A DNA stretch of 64,000 bases, taken from Mustelus asterias. Taxonomy: Eukaryota. Numbering within the stretch: position 1 is the stretch's first letter; each line of letters opens with the position of its first letter. The position numbers and the translations under genes were made by a program. Of this stretch, positions 47,769 to 62,084 are shown one piece after another. The stretch covers positions 16,492,001 through 16,556,000 of the forward strand of contig NC_135830.1 of the NCBI RefSeq assembly GCF_964213995.1, given 5' to 3'. Under the pieces are notes generated by a model. That model saw only the letters and a list, made by a program, of their open reading frames with translations, made no database searches and had not been told where the DNA came from.

Positions 47769-50337
47769 GTGAGTTATTATTGATTGAAAGTATCCCGATG
47801 TCTATTGAGAATTCACTAATATAAAATTTTAACAACTATATAGATACATTGAGCTTTCGTAATAAAAATGTTGGTGACCTATGTAAGGGAAAGTTGATAA
47901 TTTGAATAATAATTGTCATCTGGAGGTAATGGGATATTAATGTACATCAATTTAACAATGAGAGGAGGCGAGTTCAGTGTCTGAAAAGCTGGAGGATGAA
48001 GAAGTGCTCAGCACATTGAAAACCTGCTTGCTTCTGCGTTTGAAGTATTGTAACGCACAAAGGAGCCAGGAACAGGCCAATGGGGTTAGACTGAATTGAT
48101 TTTATTCCACCCGGCACAGTCCCTTTGGACCGAGGGGCCTAACACCTTTGCCGAATATTGCTCCGAGTCCACGAGTGTCCAACGAAAACTGTATTTAATC
48201 GCCGTCTGCCTGACATTCGTGAGCAGATTAAATTAATTGGAGTTGAGAATCAAAATGCACTGTCAAATCTAAATCTGGAAAATTATATATTTTTTCCAGC
48301 AGTGTTTTGAATTCCCCGCTCCACTTTGGAAGACGGCTCTGATATATTCAAATGCGTCCTTCGTTGTTGTGAAGTGCGCATTGAAATTGGAAATTTAAGT
48401 TGCAGAACTTTCAGTTGGTGAATAATTTAGATCCCCAGTTTGTTTTTAACGTATTTCCTTCCAAATATATTTAGAATATAGAACATCTGATTAAAGCATG
48501 TTTTAATTTCTCGGCCGGGACTTACGGCAACCTGAGATTTAAATACAAAATTGAATGGAAATGCCGCGCTTGCGCATGGACAACATCTTACTGTAAAACC
48601 TCTATTCGGACCACTTGATTTGTGTTGGTACAAATTAGAGCAGTCGCTGTTAGAATCTGCTGAAAAGGAGTTTGAGTGGAAGCCAACTCACTGCGTTTAA
48701 AAATGCAGGAATTTTGGCGAGGACCGTCCAGACATATTTCTCTTGATATTTCTCAGTATATTTTCCGTCTGAACCCCGTGTAGAGAGAAAACAAACAAAT
48801 CATTTAAAATAGCTGCCTCCGCCTCAGACTGTTGGGCTAGGTCTGTGAATAATGCATTTCAACACATTGACTTGAATCGCAATTAATAATGTCATTTATT
48901 AATTTCATTAATATGAAGAAAAAACGTATCATGTTGATAATGTAATTTGCTAAATATGCGTGATTTGCTTTGTGACGTTTGCTGCTCAATTGCCTCATAT
49001 CTCCTACCCGTATTTTACCAGAATGTGTTAAATTAATATTTCTATGCAGTGATTTTTTCAGGTTCCAATTATTTTTCATTCTCAAAACTATTCCATGCTT
49101 TTATTTTCTCTCTGTCTCATGCCGTTTTCTGTGGCAGATCGAGACCTGATCTTTCATCTCCTTCCACAGGCCCACTCGTTTTGTTGAGATTTAAGTCGTT
49201 GACTTGGTTTAGTTTCCCTTGGTTCCCAACGTGCCTCTTCTGTTATATTTATTCTTCCCAATGTCACTGCAAATGCTGTTTTACTGATCGGAAAACGCCC
49301 CATTACTGTTATCAAACACTTCACGCAGTAAAGAACATACAGTCCGCGAAATAAATTCTTAAAAATACTGATCGGACTTTGCAGTTGCTTCAAAGAACAT
49401 GCTTTGTAAAAGAAAGAAGAACACATTTTATATTGTTTCACCATTAATCCTGTGCTCAAGAGACTCACCTCATTAAACATTGATTTTTTTTGTTGCTACT
49501 GAATCGCTAGTTGGGGTTTTATGAAGTGAATGTTGAAATGGTTTACTTAACTTGTAGAATCTTATCATAATACATTTTGTGCAAAGTTACATTTTCAGTT
49601 CATTCGTCTTCAAAAACATCAGCAAATGAATAAGAAACTTAGATTTACCACGGAATCCAACTCAGATACGGCAAGTCGGATTAAATATTCTACTGGGTCT
49701 GCTGGACAGACGGAATTGAAATTCTAGTTAAACAGCGCAGTCTGGGTGTAGACCGTCGCCACAGGTGGAATAGCATACATTGCAGAATGGAATCTAAGTC
49801 AATGAACTGCTTGTGGAATAACAGTAAAAGTTATAATTACTGCCGATGGAATGCGTGCACACATTTGGGATTGATGCTTCTCAGCGGAAGAGCTGAATGC
49901 TCGTCGTGTGGTTCAGTGAGCTGCCTTTTGTTAAACAGATTATTTTGAGTTGGAGAAGTGGACACTGCTGTAAATAGTGAAAAGTTAAATATTAAATCGA
50001 GGTGGGACCAACATTGCTTTAACCGGTTTATTGAGCAATATACTTGATATCAGTGGCACGAGTGAAATAATAGGGAAGTGAAAAATCTGACTTCTTCCGC
50101 GAATTTGTTGCATGGGTATTTCTGATTCCTCTTGGAGACAATGAACTTCAGAAATCACAACAAAGCTTTCTAACCAAACATTAACATCAGGATTCTGTAC
50201 CAGTCACTGGATATTTGTCAACCTCTTCCCAGATACTCTCAATATCCATTAAGCTCTCTGTTGCATTTAATGAGATGTGAAAACCTGTTACTCATTCTAG
50301 ATTGTAGAGATGTGAAAACCTGTTACTGATTCTAGAT

Positions 50338-52010
50338 TGCAGGGAAGCAAAAGCTGTAGAGAAGGAGTATACTGTGGAGGGATTGTCTACAGAGTCTCTG
50401 TGGGTGGAAGTTTGGAGTGGGAAGGGGTCGATCACTTTGCTGGGAGTTACTCTTCACATATTTATAGATCGCCTTAGGGTTTTCCTTAATACTACCTGCC
50501 AAGGCCTTCTCGTGACCCCTTCTGGCTCTCCTAATTTCCTTCTTTAGTCCCTTCCTACAAGCTGTATACTCATCTAGATCCCTATCTTCGCCGCCCAATT
50601 GTAACCGGGAGGTGGAGGAGCAGATAGGGAAACAGATCCTGGAGGGTTGCAATAATAGCAGAGTTGTTGTGATGGCAAACTTTAATTTCCCAAACATAGA
50701 TTGGAATATCCCTAGGGTAAGGGGATTGGATGGGGAGGGGTCCGTTAGGTGTGTTCAGGAGGGTTTCCTGACACAGCATGTGGACAAGCCTACAAGAGGA
50801 GAGGTTTTACTTGATCTGATACTGATCAATGAACCTGAAGAGGTGTCAGATCTCTCAGTGGGAGAGCATCTTGGGGATAGGGATCATAACACTATCTCCT
50901 TTATCTTTGCATTCGAAAAAGAGAGGATCAGGCAAGCTAGGAAAGCATTTATATGGAGTAAGGGGAAATATGAAGGCAGAAGGCAGCAAATTAGAGGAGT
51001 AAATTGGAAGGAGGTATTCTTGGGGAAATGTACTGAAGAGAGGTGGCAGTTTTTCAAGGAATGTCTGTCTCGAGTTCTACAGGACAATGTTCCGAGCAGA
51101 CAGGGAGGAATTGGTAGGTTAAAGGAACCGTGGTGCACGAAAGCTGTGCGGGACCCAGTTGAGAAGAAAAGGAAAGCGTACAAAAGGTTCCGAGAGCTTG
51201 GCGAAGATAGGGATCTAGATGAGTATACAGCTTGTAGGAAGGGACTAAAGAAGGAAATTAGGAGAGCCAGAAGGGGTCACGAGAAGGCCTTGGCAGGTAG
51301 GATTAAGGAAAACCCTAAGGCGATCTATAAATATGTGAAGAGTAAAAGGATGAGATGTGAAGGAATAGGGCCTATAAAAGGTGAAGGCGGGAAAGTCTGT
51401 ACAGAACCAGTAGAAATGGCAGAGGTGCTTAATGAGTATCTTCCCTCGGTTTTCACAGAGGAGAAGGACCTGGGTGGATGTACTGCGGGCTCAGTTCTGG
51501 TCGCCTCATTACAGGAAGGATGTGGAAAAGATTGAAAGGGTGTAGAGGAGATTTACAAGGATGTTGCCTGGATTGAGTGGCATGCCTTATGAGGGTAGGC
51601 TGAGGGAGCTCGGTTTTTTCTCCTTGGAGAGACGTAGGATGAGAGGAGGCCTAACAGAGGTAAAGAAGATGTTGAGAGGCATAGATCGGGTGGACTCTCA
51701 GAGGATTTTTCCCAGGGTGGAAATGGCTGCTATGAGAGGACACAGGTTTAAGGTGCTGGGGGGTAGGTACAGGGGAGATTTTAGGGGGAAGTTTTTCACA
51801 CAGAGGGTGGTGGGCGAGTGGAATCGGCTGTCGTCGGTGGTGGTGGAGGCAAATTCAATAGGGTTTTTTAAGAGACTCCTGGATGAGTACATGGGACTTA
51901 ATAGGATGGAGGGTTATTTGTAGGCCTCAAATGTAGGGATATGTTCGGCACAACTTGTGGGGCTGAAGGGCCTGTTTTGTGCTGTAGTTTTTCTATTTTT
52001 CTATGTTTCT
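50338..52010 (+). mobile_element. Rearranged CR1 ORF2 fragment (internal deletion plus inverted templated insert)
   Basis: The endonuclease/linker ORF 50612-51535 is joined directly to the RT C-terminus at about 51490. 50447-50592 is an inverted copy of 51200-51345. Confidence 0.88.
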
Positions 52011-52984
52011 ATTGGCGAATTCCACCGTTTCCTTGTAAAATGTTTTGAACGATTTTGTACAGTTAGCTTCGGCCTCCAGACCTCAGAAATATATCACCTT
52101 CTCTCGCAAAGATTGGACACGTGCCTGCTTATATTCTAAATGCGATTTCTTCTCTTCAGGCAAGAGTTAATTTGGTATGGCCATACGTTTGGAAATTATG
52201 GTTCCACCAGCGACTCATAATCTGTCTTGTGCTGTGAGCTAAATGGTACCAGAGTTTAACGGTGGTTTTCAACGACAAATACAATGTTACGTAATTAATT
52301 CCACACGTAAAGCTGATATTTATTTGTTATGTGTTAGGTCCCATAGTTTAACAGGTCGATCGACTCAGTCATGAGGAGATATATTTGTTCCCTGACTGTT
52401 TTGTACCAATGGCGTTTTATGATCTTAAATGGGCCTACATTTTACAGTACCAAACTTTCCATGTCTCTGTATCTCTTTCAAACAAAGTTAACATCCCACA
52501 TTCTGACACGGCTTTTGCACTCTTATTATTATACTATTTTTTGTGAGGGCAGTGTCCCTGACAATGCAGCATTTGTTGCCTGTCCCCAGATGTATTCAGG
52601 AATATGTCTCTGAGCCTTTTTTTCCCTGACTGGCTGCAGTATATGATACACTGATGCAAGCATAGTGGCGTTACGGATTGAGCTCACAAGAGAATGAAGC
52701 AACCCCAATATAGTCCCAACTCAGCATGGTGACCGACTTAGAAGGGAATGCGAAATTCAAGGTACCGCTGTATGTCTGTCCTTGTGCTTTTAGGTGGTAG
52801 AGATCGCGGTTTTGGAATGAACTGTGGAATGGGTTTTGGTCATTTGCTGCTGTGTATCATCTACACGGTACACAGATGTTTCAGGTGATGGCTGGCATGT
52901 CCAGAAAATCAGGCGGCTTGTATGGTGGCCAGCAACTTCTACTTTATCGCTTGTTAATGTCATTAGTGACCTGATGCAGGAGGA

Positions 52985-53258
52985 AAGGGGGAACAGGCTC
53001 AAGGTGAGAGGGGGAAAGTTTGAGATGTGTGAGGGAAGTTCTTCACAGAGAGTAGTGGGTGCCTGGGACGTGCTGCCAGAGGAGGTGGTGGAAGTAGGCA
53101 TATTCGCAACATTTAAGAGGCATCTGGATGGGTACATGAACAGGCAAGAAATACAAAGATATGGACGGAGTGAGGGCAGCAGGTTTTTTTTTAGTTCGAT
53201 CATCCTAATCGACATGAAGGACCGAAGTACCTGTGCTGTACTTTTCTTTGTTCTTTGA
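52985..53258 (+). mobile_element. CR1 3' end fragment
   Basis: RLKVRGGKF..QRVVGAWDVLPEEVVE followed by a tail. Confidence 0.75.
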
Positions 53259-53949
53259 TCTTGAAATGGGTCAAAGATTCAGTGGGAGAATTACTGAAAG
53301 CTGAAAAGTGGAGTTAGTCACGACAGAAAGACGGAATGGATGAAGAGGGTCCAGAGATTCTAGTTGGACCATCGAGAGTTTGAAAAATTTGAGTAAATAT
53401 TGAAATGTTTTCCCACAATTCTGGCAACGAGGAGCAAATAAGTGAAAGGTGTTCCATATTGTCTATTGATAGTGAAGAGTTAAGAAGGATGACTGAGTAT
53501 TGTCTGCATTGGAAATAAATGACGCACTCTCCGTATTGTGGACGGCGGTGCAGAGATATTCGAGTCACTTTATCATTGTTACTCTGGGTATCAAGTCATA
53601 CATTTCATCAACCCAACTGGAGACAAGAATCACTGTCCTGTTGATTCTATTATGTAAACTAGGGACTCAAATGGATTGGGAGATCTGACTGACACAAAAT
53701 CTCCCAGTTTGGGAATACGGTAACACGTGGTTAAAAGATTTTTAAAAAGATGGAATGAGACCAGGATATTCATAGGCCATAATATCACGGGTGTGGTAAT
53801 TTGAATAAAACTTTTTAACATCAAGTCCTTGCAAATCATATCATGAAGAAATAACACAGATCCTCGGTGTTGACATTGTGATGTATGGTTTTGACAGTTT
53901 CATTCATCTAGTGTTGCAGCGAAGATTAATTTTCAAAATTTCATTTCAG

Positions 53950-53982
53950 GCAGACCAGGGAACAGTAAGGCTGACCGATCAG
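53950..53982 (+). CDS. Probable 33-nt mini-exon of the SRCR gene
   Basis: tttcatttcag|GCAGACC..CGATCAG|gtaatc, phase 1-1, encoding (C)RPGNSKADRS. Confidence 0.55.
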
Positions 53983-54756
53983 GTAATCGCCCTCCAAGTT
54001 CATATCTGACATTTTACTGCACTAATCCATCCAACTGAATGTTAAATCCTGAGACAATTTCAGTGTCTTTGTGTTCAATGTTTCCATTCTGGGTCTGCCT
54101 GTCAGTTGTGAAGGAAAATGGTCTTGCAATGTTTTTCTCAAAATCTTTAATTGCTGCACCCCGATTCAGTACGACATTAAATTAGGTCCCTGAGGAGCAG
54201 GGTGAGAAGCAACGCGGCCCCGCTACCGTTTCGAGATAATTTTTCACTTCCCGAGTTACCAGCCAGCGCTGACATGCAGCGCAATTGCTATTGCCCCTCC
54301 CACCACCGACATATTAGGGTTCCGCCGAAAACCCGCCGCATCGTTCCGCCCCTGGAAGGGCTGGAGACTACCTGACTGTCTAATTCAGCTCGGTGCAGCA
54401 GGGCGGCCCTGTTTCGACAGTGATGGCAACATCGAATCGATACTAGGATTGACATTTCACGATGTTAGTCCAGGCAGTATGATAGACCGTGGAACATGAC
54501 AGTCCTGACTGGCACTGATTCAATCAATTATGCGCCTATCGACACTCCCGCCTGATGCAGCAGAATGATGCTTCAAACATCCAACTGATTCACGGATTGT
54601 TCCCACTGTCTATTTATATTCCCGCTTCCACTGCAATCTCGAATATTATGTCAAGGTTTGTTGAGGTTCTGGACACACTCGATGTTTCAAATTATTCCGA
54701 TCTGACCTGCCGTATCAGCCGGCCAATAACTGTTGGTTTATTTCTGTATTTTACAG

Positions 54757-55080
54757 AGGCGGTGAAGCTGAGACTGGTGAATGGGCAGAGTCGGTGCGCT
54801 GGGAGAGTGGAGATTCACTACAAGGGACAGTGGGGGACCGTGTCTGATGATTACTGGGACCAGCCGGACGCCGGTGTTGTGTGTGGGGAGCTGGGCTGCG
54901 GGACCGCGCACTCTGCACCGCGCGGGGCTCACTTTGGGGAAGGATCCGGACCCATTGTGACGTCATATGTTCGGTGCAAAGGGAGCGAGACCGCTCTGCG
55001 GGACTGTGACTCTATTACATGGGGTGACTATCGTGAATCTGGCTTTCCGCACTCCAGTGATGCCGGTGTGATTTGCTCAG
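54757..55080 (+). CDS. SRCR domain exon 1 (CD163/SCART/WC1/DMBT1-like group B scavenger receptor)
   Basis: LRLVNGQSRCAGRVEIHYKGQWGTVSDDYWD..VVCGELGCG..DAGVICS; ag/gt boundaries, 324 nt, phase 1-1. Confidence 0.93.
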
Positions 55081-57480
55081 GTAAAAAAAAATCTGTCCAT
55101 CATCTACAGCCTGCTCTCCGGGAAGGGGCGGATAAAGTTTTCTGAGACAGTCCACAGTCGTAAAGAGAGTGGTGAATAATTTCAATATTCTGAAAATAGA
55201 AGTTTTCTTACATTAACACCAGGATTTAAGTTTATAATAAAGTAACAGCAATGAGAGTGATTAACAATGACCACAACCGTGCACAGGCCAGCTGTGTCCT
55301 TGAGCTGAGCGCTTGCTGTTAGCTATGTTCAGGAGAGGAGTTGTTCGCTCCTGGTTCCTCACTGATCAGTTCCGATCACCATTCAACAAATAATGAAGCA
55401 TTCCAGGACCACACGGAGCAAATCCTGTCCAACAATCGGGCTTCTGCTGAGCAATCGTTTATATTCATCTGTCCGCAGCGTTTGGGTTATTCTGCTATTT
55501 TAACTTAACTCCAAATCGCTCCATTCTGAATGCCTATTTTTTGCATCAGTGTCCAGAAATTGTCCCCTCAGATGAAAATGTGGTCCGAACCCCAGAGATA
55601 CGGTCGGAGGCCTCCCGATCTCCCAACCCTTCGAGCTCTCCAGCACCACCCCTCTCCCAGTGCCTCAACCGACACAGCCACACGCCTGGAGACATAGACG
55701 GACCTCTCAGCAACTACGTGGGGGAAGGGGGTGGGTGGGGAAGACCTGCGGGGAGAGAGGGGGAGGGGGTGATTGAGGGAAGCCCAGGCAAGCTAATATG
55801 CCCCGATCTTGCCTGTGCAGAGTCAAAAGGTCGGGCATGCTTTGATCGGCTGGCTGTGCACGTAATTATACTTATGGGGAGTCCGGATCATGCGGCATTG
55901 GCGGCTGTCGCTGAATTAAATCTGGGTGTCTCGGTCCATGTGGTTGACATTTACTGACCATTGATTGCGGAGGCCATAGAGCGCTTATCCAGTCACTGCG
56001 GCTACTTTCAGAGCAGCAATCACTGGTCAGATTGAACGTGTTCCAAGAGCGGAGTGAGGATGAGAAGGGTCTGGAGGAGATTCATGCGTGCTGGAAACTT
56101 CCCTCTATTCTTCCCTCGCCACGAATTCTGCCACAGCTGCTGAATTGTTCCAACATTTTCTGATTTTGTGTGAGAGGGGACTGTCTGGATATCTCCTGCC
56201 TCTCCAGGCGTTTTAATAGCTGTCAAGTAAAGCCTCTTCCTCAAATGTTTGATACTATTTGGGAACTTATCTCCCTCTCATACCCCGAACCTGATGAATA
56301 CCAACTGTTCCTATACGATTTCCCCTCGTGTTAATTTTTTCGGACGAGTTTACCTTTCGAGTCTGTCAGGGAGAGAAATCAGAAATGTTATTGAGAGAGT
56401 GTTCCAATGAATAAATTATGCTGGATCAATTTCTTCAGTAGGTTGTATTTCAAACAAATGTGCGGAAGTCGATACTTTCTCCAGAATAAAATGAAGGAAG
56501 ATGAGTTGTTTTAACATTTACAGCTGCTGCAGCTTCAGGCAGATTTCACACAGTGTAAACTGACAGAAGGAGATGTTGTCCAGACTCAGTAACCAGTAGC
56601 CTGCGACACTCTCACTGGACTATTTTCCAGAACAGGAGATCCTTTCACGGATGCAGTTCCCTGAATTGCCGATTCCATTCCAGATATGGACTGAATAAAG
56701 TTACTGAAACTTGAAGCAGAAACTCTCCCCCCCCCCCCCCCCCCCCCGCTTTCATAGTCGAGCCATCTCAATAGAAATGCTAAAATTCCAGGAGGATTTT
56801 TGATTACGTTTTGCACCTGGCCTTTGCATTTTGTGATCTGTGCACGTGGACCTTCAATAAAGCTCGAGTGTTGTTTGCAAATCACCATTGAGACATGCTG
56901 GGATCCACCGTTTCATTTCTGGTTGAAGTCCTTTCAGAACGTTCATTCTCAACACTCCGAAAAATAAATATAGAATTTCGTTTGATGCCTATCAGTTCGA
57001 ACATCCCTGTGCAAATAATTCCATATGTTATTGATTCAGGTCCGCCTGTTGCACATTGTGATATTTCCCATCACCAGGCGGTAGGGGGCAGTTATACTCA
57101 GAATTTATTGAGATAAACCAGCACTCGGTTCAATTTAAGGGAGGAATGGGGAAGAATGTCCCAGAGGAATCGCTGTGAGACTGAACACGGCTTCTGGAGA
57201 GTATAAGAGTTGACACCTATTGAACTTAATGAAACATCTTTAATTATAGAATTTCTTAATGCAGAAGAAGGACATTCAGCCCGTTGAGTCGAACCGACAG
57301 AGTATCTAACCCAGGTCGCACCCCACGTTTTTACTTCGATAATTCCCCTGAATGTACATCTTTAGATTAAGGGGCAACTAAGAGGAACCAGATTCAGAAC
57401 CAATCATGATAGAATCTAATTTAGCGGATGTGAATACTTTTTGATAATAATTAGTGTGATTCTGATCTGTTGTTATTCAG

Positions 57481-57795
57481 CCCACAGATTTCCAAAACTA
57501 GTATACGGAGCTTTCACATGCTCCGGCAGATTGGAGATCCATAGCAATATAGAATCTGGCACAGTGTGTGACCTTGACTTGGATTGGAATGACGCCAGAG
57601 TGGTCTGTGCTGAGCTTCAGTGCGGAGTCGCCATTTCCGTTAGAAGCGGGGCTTATTTTGGAGAGGGCGCTGGATTAATATGGAACGAAAGATTTGAATG
57701 TAAAGGCAGCGAGACAGGGCTGACGGACTGTACCCTTGTTCCTGTAACTCGGTCCGAGTGCACCCACAGGAACGATGTCAGTGTGATCTGTTCCG
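57481..57795 (+). CDS. SRCR domain exon 2
   Basis: CSGRLEI..GTVCD..VVCAELQCG..CTHRNDVSVICS; 315 nt, ag/gt boundaries. Confidence 0.92.
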
Positions 57796-58807
57796 GTGAG
57801 TGCAGACTTGTGAATATTAGAAAAAAAATTCTTAATATTTCAGCAATGGAGAGATTACAGTTCTCGTTCTCTCTAACATGGACATACCAAACCAGACCTT
57901 CATATTTCACTGTAAATTTGTTGTAATTTTGAAACATTATTTTAAAGTATGCACCTTTTTTGCAAATCAGAAATGTCTGCGTTTTTATTCGTGGTCTGAA
58001 ATGAGCAGATTATTATTGTTGATTTAGTACCTTGGCTAAACATAGGCTTCTCTTAAACATTTGATTTGACATTATTTGTGGAGCTGTTGGGTAGACGTGC
58101 TCTGCCTCCCAAGCCATGAACCCACTGCATGGATTATAGCAGACAATAACTGTGTTTGCATTTTAAAGAGGTTATTGGCGCAGCAGAATAAATGAAGCGT
58201 TTTATATTTCAAGAATCTTGCATTAAACAAAATAATTGAATGAGTTCAGTGAAGGCATTGCAAGTGCATGCTTCACATCCAGCTGTTCAGGTGAAAGTTT
58301 ATACCAATGTGTAGAGGAGATTTCAAAGCATGGATAATGTGTCAATAATGTGCATAACCTCCAGAATAATACGGTAATCTTTCGAACGACATTTATTTTC
58401 TGAATTATCCCGTCCGAGATTCTGTCTAATTTTGGAGGTGCACTTACCATTTTATGCTCAGCTTATTGCTCCAGAGGATATCGTTTTATAATTGCATCGT
58501 CATGCAATGCTTAAACACCGTGCACTTTATTTAAAATATATACTGGACCTGCTGCAAAGACAGTATATTCTGCCAATGGCACATGAGCTTTTCTCTTCAG
58601 GATGGACTGTTCTCTTTGGGTTGAAGCACCTTCCTAAAAGCATCACACATAATGTTAATTAGTTTTATATGATCTTTTGTGGATATTGGGCAATGATTGT
58701 AGATGCAGATGTAAAGTGTGTTTTCCCGTTTACAAAACTAAACTGCCATGTGTTTATTCTAATTTCGATGTATAAATTATTTGGGTTTGTGTTTGTACCT
58801 GAAACAG

Positions 58808-59122
58808 GAAATCATGGGCCGAGATTGGTTGGTGGAAAGGACAGGTGCTCCGGCCGTGTGGAAGTGCTGCATGGAGAACGCTGGGGGACGCTCTGTGATG
58901 CTTACTTTGCTTTCGAAGACGCCAGTGTGATCTGTGAGCATCTTCAGTGTGGAGTGGTAGAGAAAATCCCGAGAGGTGCAGCCTTTGGGAAGGGAAATGG
59001 CACAATGTGGAAGGAGAACTACAGCTGCCGCGGGAGTGAGTCCTGGTTGTGGGAGTGTCTGGTTTCATCCGTGGAAGAGTTTAACTGCTCACATGAAAAT
59101 GACGCCAGTGTCATCTGCACGG
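58808..59122 (+). CDS. SRCR domain exon 3
   Basis: RLVGGKDRCSGRVEVLHGERWGTLCD..CSHENDASVICT; 315 nt. Confidence 0.93.
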
Positions 59123-59418
59123 GTGAGTCCCTAAAGCAAAACACGTGGTGCTGGGATTAGTGAGGATATTTCTGCATTTAACCGCCCAAATGCTACCCCA
59201 TCCTTGAGTTCCATAAACATATATTATTCATCCGCTTATCAATGTATTTGCTTCAAATATGGAGCAGCCACGCTGGCTGTTCAGCCTCCTGTCTGGCTGT
59301 GCTCAGCAGCCTCTCATGACATCCTTCACCGGGGAGAGCGGCTCTGGCGAAAGGTAATATTAATTTGAGTTAATTTGCTGCACTGTAACCACTGGTCTCC
59401 ATGTCTTTCTTCGCCTAG

Positions 59419-59733
59419 ATGAAAACTGGTCACTGAGATTGATGAATGGGGGAAGTCGGTGTGATGGGCGAGTGGAGATTTACTACAACCACAGCTGGGG
59501 CAGAGTGCACGACAGCCTCTGGGATCTGAATGACGCGAACGTGGCCTGCAGACAGCTGAGCTGCGGCGAAGCGGAAGCCGCCTTTTACAATTCAAAGTAC
59601 GGAGAGGGTGAAGGGTCTGTGTGGGTAAACGATGTCCGGTGTGAAGGAAACGAATCGCATCTCCGAAAGTGCAGCACATTCATATTGAACCCGAATCGCA
59701 GTGACAGCATCGGCGTAGGGGTTCTGTGCTCAG
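59419..59733 (+). CDS. SRCR domain exon 4
   Basis: LRLMNGGSRCDGRVEIYYNHSWGRVHD..ACRQLSCG..VGVLCS; 315 nt. Confidence 0.92.
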
Positions 59734-60149
59734 GTGAATAAACAGGTCACTTTTCCAGAAACATAAAGGGAAACATGTAATCTTGGTCAACTGGGGAATA
59801 TACTTTACTTCTTCCTCGGGAACACGTAGCTGAGATATTTCACACTGGTGCTTGGATGCAGGACAGGACGCCCCGGAAAGAAAAATAAAACATAATAGTT
59901 TGGAATATGATGACAATAACAATTTAATAAAATCATTAAACAACTTTACAAATCTCCAGGTAACTTCCCTCTGTAAATTGAGACCAACAAAACTAAAGAC
60001 AAATCGGCAATGGGGACTAATGTGCTGATCAGTGGGGTGGGATTCAACAGCACAACGAAGAGAGAGAGGGGGCCACGTTTAAGAAGGGGATTGCAACCTT
60101 GTGTCCCAGTCACTCACATAATGACTGTTAAATAAGTATGAAGAAAGAA

Positions 60150-62042
60150 GTATGAAAGACATAGATAGGGTGAACGGTGGGAAGCTTTTCCCCGGGTCGG
60201 TGGTGACGTTCACGAGGGGTCATAGGTTCAAGGTGAAGGGGGGGAGGTTTAACACAGATATCAGAAGGACATATTTTACACAGAGGGTCGTGGGGGCCTG
60301 GAATGTGTTGCCGGGCAAGGTGGTGGAGGCGGACACACTGGGAACGTTTAAGACTTATCTCGACAGCTATATGAACGGAGTGGGAATGGAGGGATACAAA
60401 AGAGTGGTCTAGTTTGGACCAGGGAGCGGCACGGGCTAATTGTTCTTTGTTTCTCGTTTCAAGGCTTCATTCTATGATCATCTTGCTGGTGCCAGTACAG
60501 AGCGAGACTGCGGATAGTTGGGAACCTGTCTCGGGGGCAGGGAATTCAGATGGTGTTCGTAAAGCAGAAGTGGAAATGAATAGGGTTGGGAAGCATTTTC
60601 TGATCAGGGCCAGTGTGATCTCCTGGACTCGTTTCGATCGCCTCAGGGGGTCGGAGAGGAATTTCCCAGATTTTTTTTTCCCCATATTGGCCCTGGGGTT
60701 TTCACTCTGGGTTTTCGCCTCTCCCTGGAGATCACATGGTCTGGAGTGGGGGGGGGGGTGAGTTAATAGGTTGTGATGAACAAAGCATCGTAGCTGTGAG
60801 GGACAGCTCGGTGGATAGGATATTAGGATGTAGATAGGCTGGAAAATTGGGCGGGGATCCTGGATTCAGGATTCAATCCTGGACCGGGGAGCGGCGCGGG
60901 CTTAGAACATAGAACATAGAACATTACAGCGCAGAACAGGCCCTTCGGCCCACGATGTTGCACCGACCAGTTAAAAAAAAACTGTGACCCTCCAACCTAA
61001 ACCAATTTCTTTTCGTCCATGAACCTATCTACGGATCTCTTAAACGCCCCCAAACTAGGCGCATTTACTACTGATGCTGGCAGGGCATTCCAATCCCTCA
61101 CCACCCTCTGGGTAAAGAACCTACCCCTGACATCGGTTCTATAACTACCCCCCCTCAATTTAAAGCCATGCCCCCTCGTGCTGGATTTCTCCATCAGAGG
61201 AAAAAGGCTATCACTATCCACCCTATCTAAACCTCTAATCATCTTATATGTTTCAATAAGATCCCCTCTTAGCCGCCGCCTTTCCAGCGAAAACAATCCC
61301 AAATCCCTCAGCCTCTCCTCATAGGATCTCCCCTCCATACCAGGCAACATCCTGGTAAACCTCCTCTGCACCCTCTCCAAAGCCTCCACATCCTTCCTGT
61401 AATGTGGGGACCAGAACTGCACACAGTACTCCAAGTGCGGCCGCACCAGAGTTGTGTACAGTTGCAACATAACGCTACGACTCCTAAATTCAATCCCCCT
61501 ACCAATAAACGCCAAGACACCATATGCCTTCTTAACAACCTTATCTACTTGATTCCCAACTTTCAGGGATCTATGCACACATACACCTAGATCCCTCTGC
61601 TCCTCCACACTATTCAAAGTCCTCCCGTTAGCCCTATACTCAACACATCTGTTATTCCTACCAAAGTGAATTACCTCACACTTCTCCGCATTAAACTCCA
61701 TCCGCCACCTCTCGGCCCAACTTTGCAACCTGTCTAAGTCTTCCTGCAAACTACGACACCCTTCCTCACTGTCTACCACACCACCGACTTTGGTGTCATC
61801 AGCAAATTTGCTAATCCACCCAACTATACCCTCATCCAGATCATTAATAAATATTACAAACAGCAGTGGCCCCAAAACAGATCCCTGAGGTACACCACTT
61901 GTAACCGCACTCCATGATGAATATTTACTATCAACCACCACCCTCTGTTTCCTATCCGCTAGCCAATTCCTGATCCAATTTCCTAGATCACCGGCTTGGA
62001 GGGCCGAAGGGCCTGTTCCTGTGCTGTATTGTTCTTTGTTCT
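60150..62042. mobile_element. Nested CR1s: plus-strand CR1 3' end (60150-60903 and 61992-62042) interrupted by a minus-strand young CR1 (60904-61991)
   Basis: The host 3' UTR resumes after a ggctt duplication. The inserted copy has an open RT C-terminal half (ORF 60997-61941) and an (AGAACAT)n tail. Confidence 0.9.
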
Positions 62043-62084
62043 TGATTGCTGCATGAAGCGTCAGATGGGAAGGAAAGCCAAAAT

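Noticed and set aside
55540-55957. 138-aa ORF in an SRCR intron
   Set aside because: GC-rich, probably repeat-derived sequence with no domain motif or convincing splice sites.
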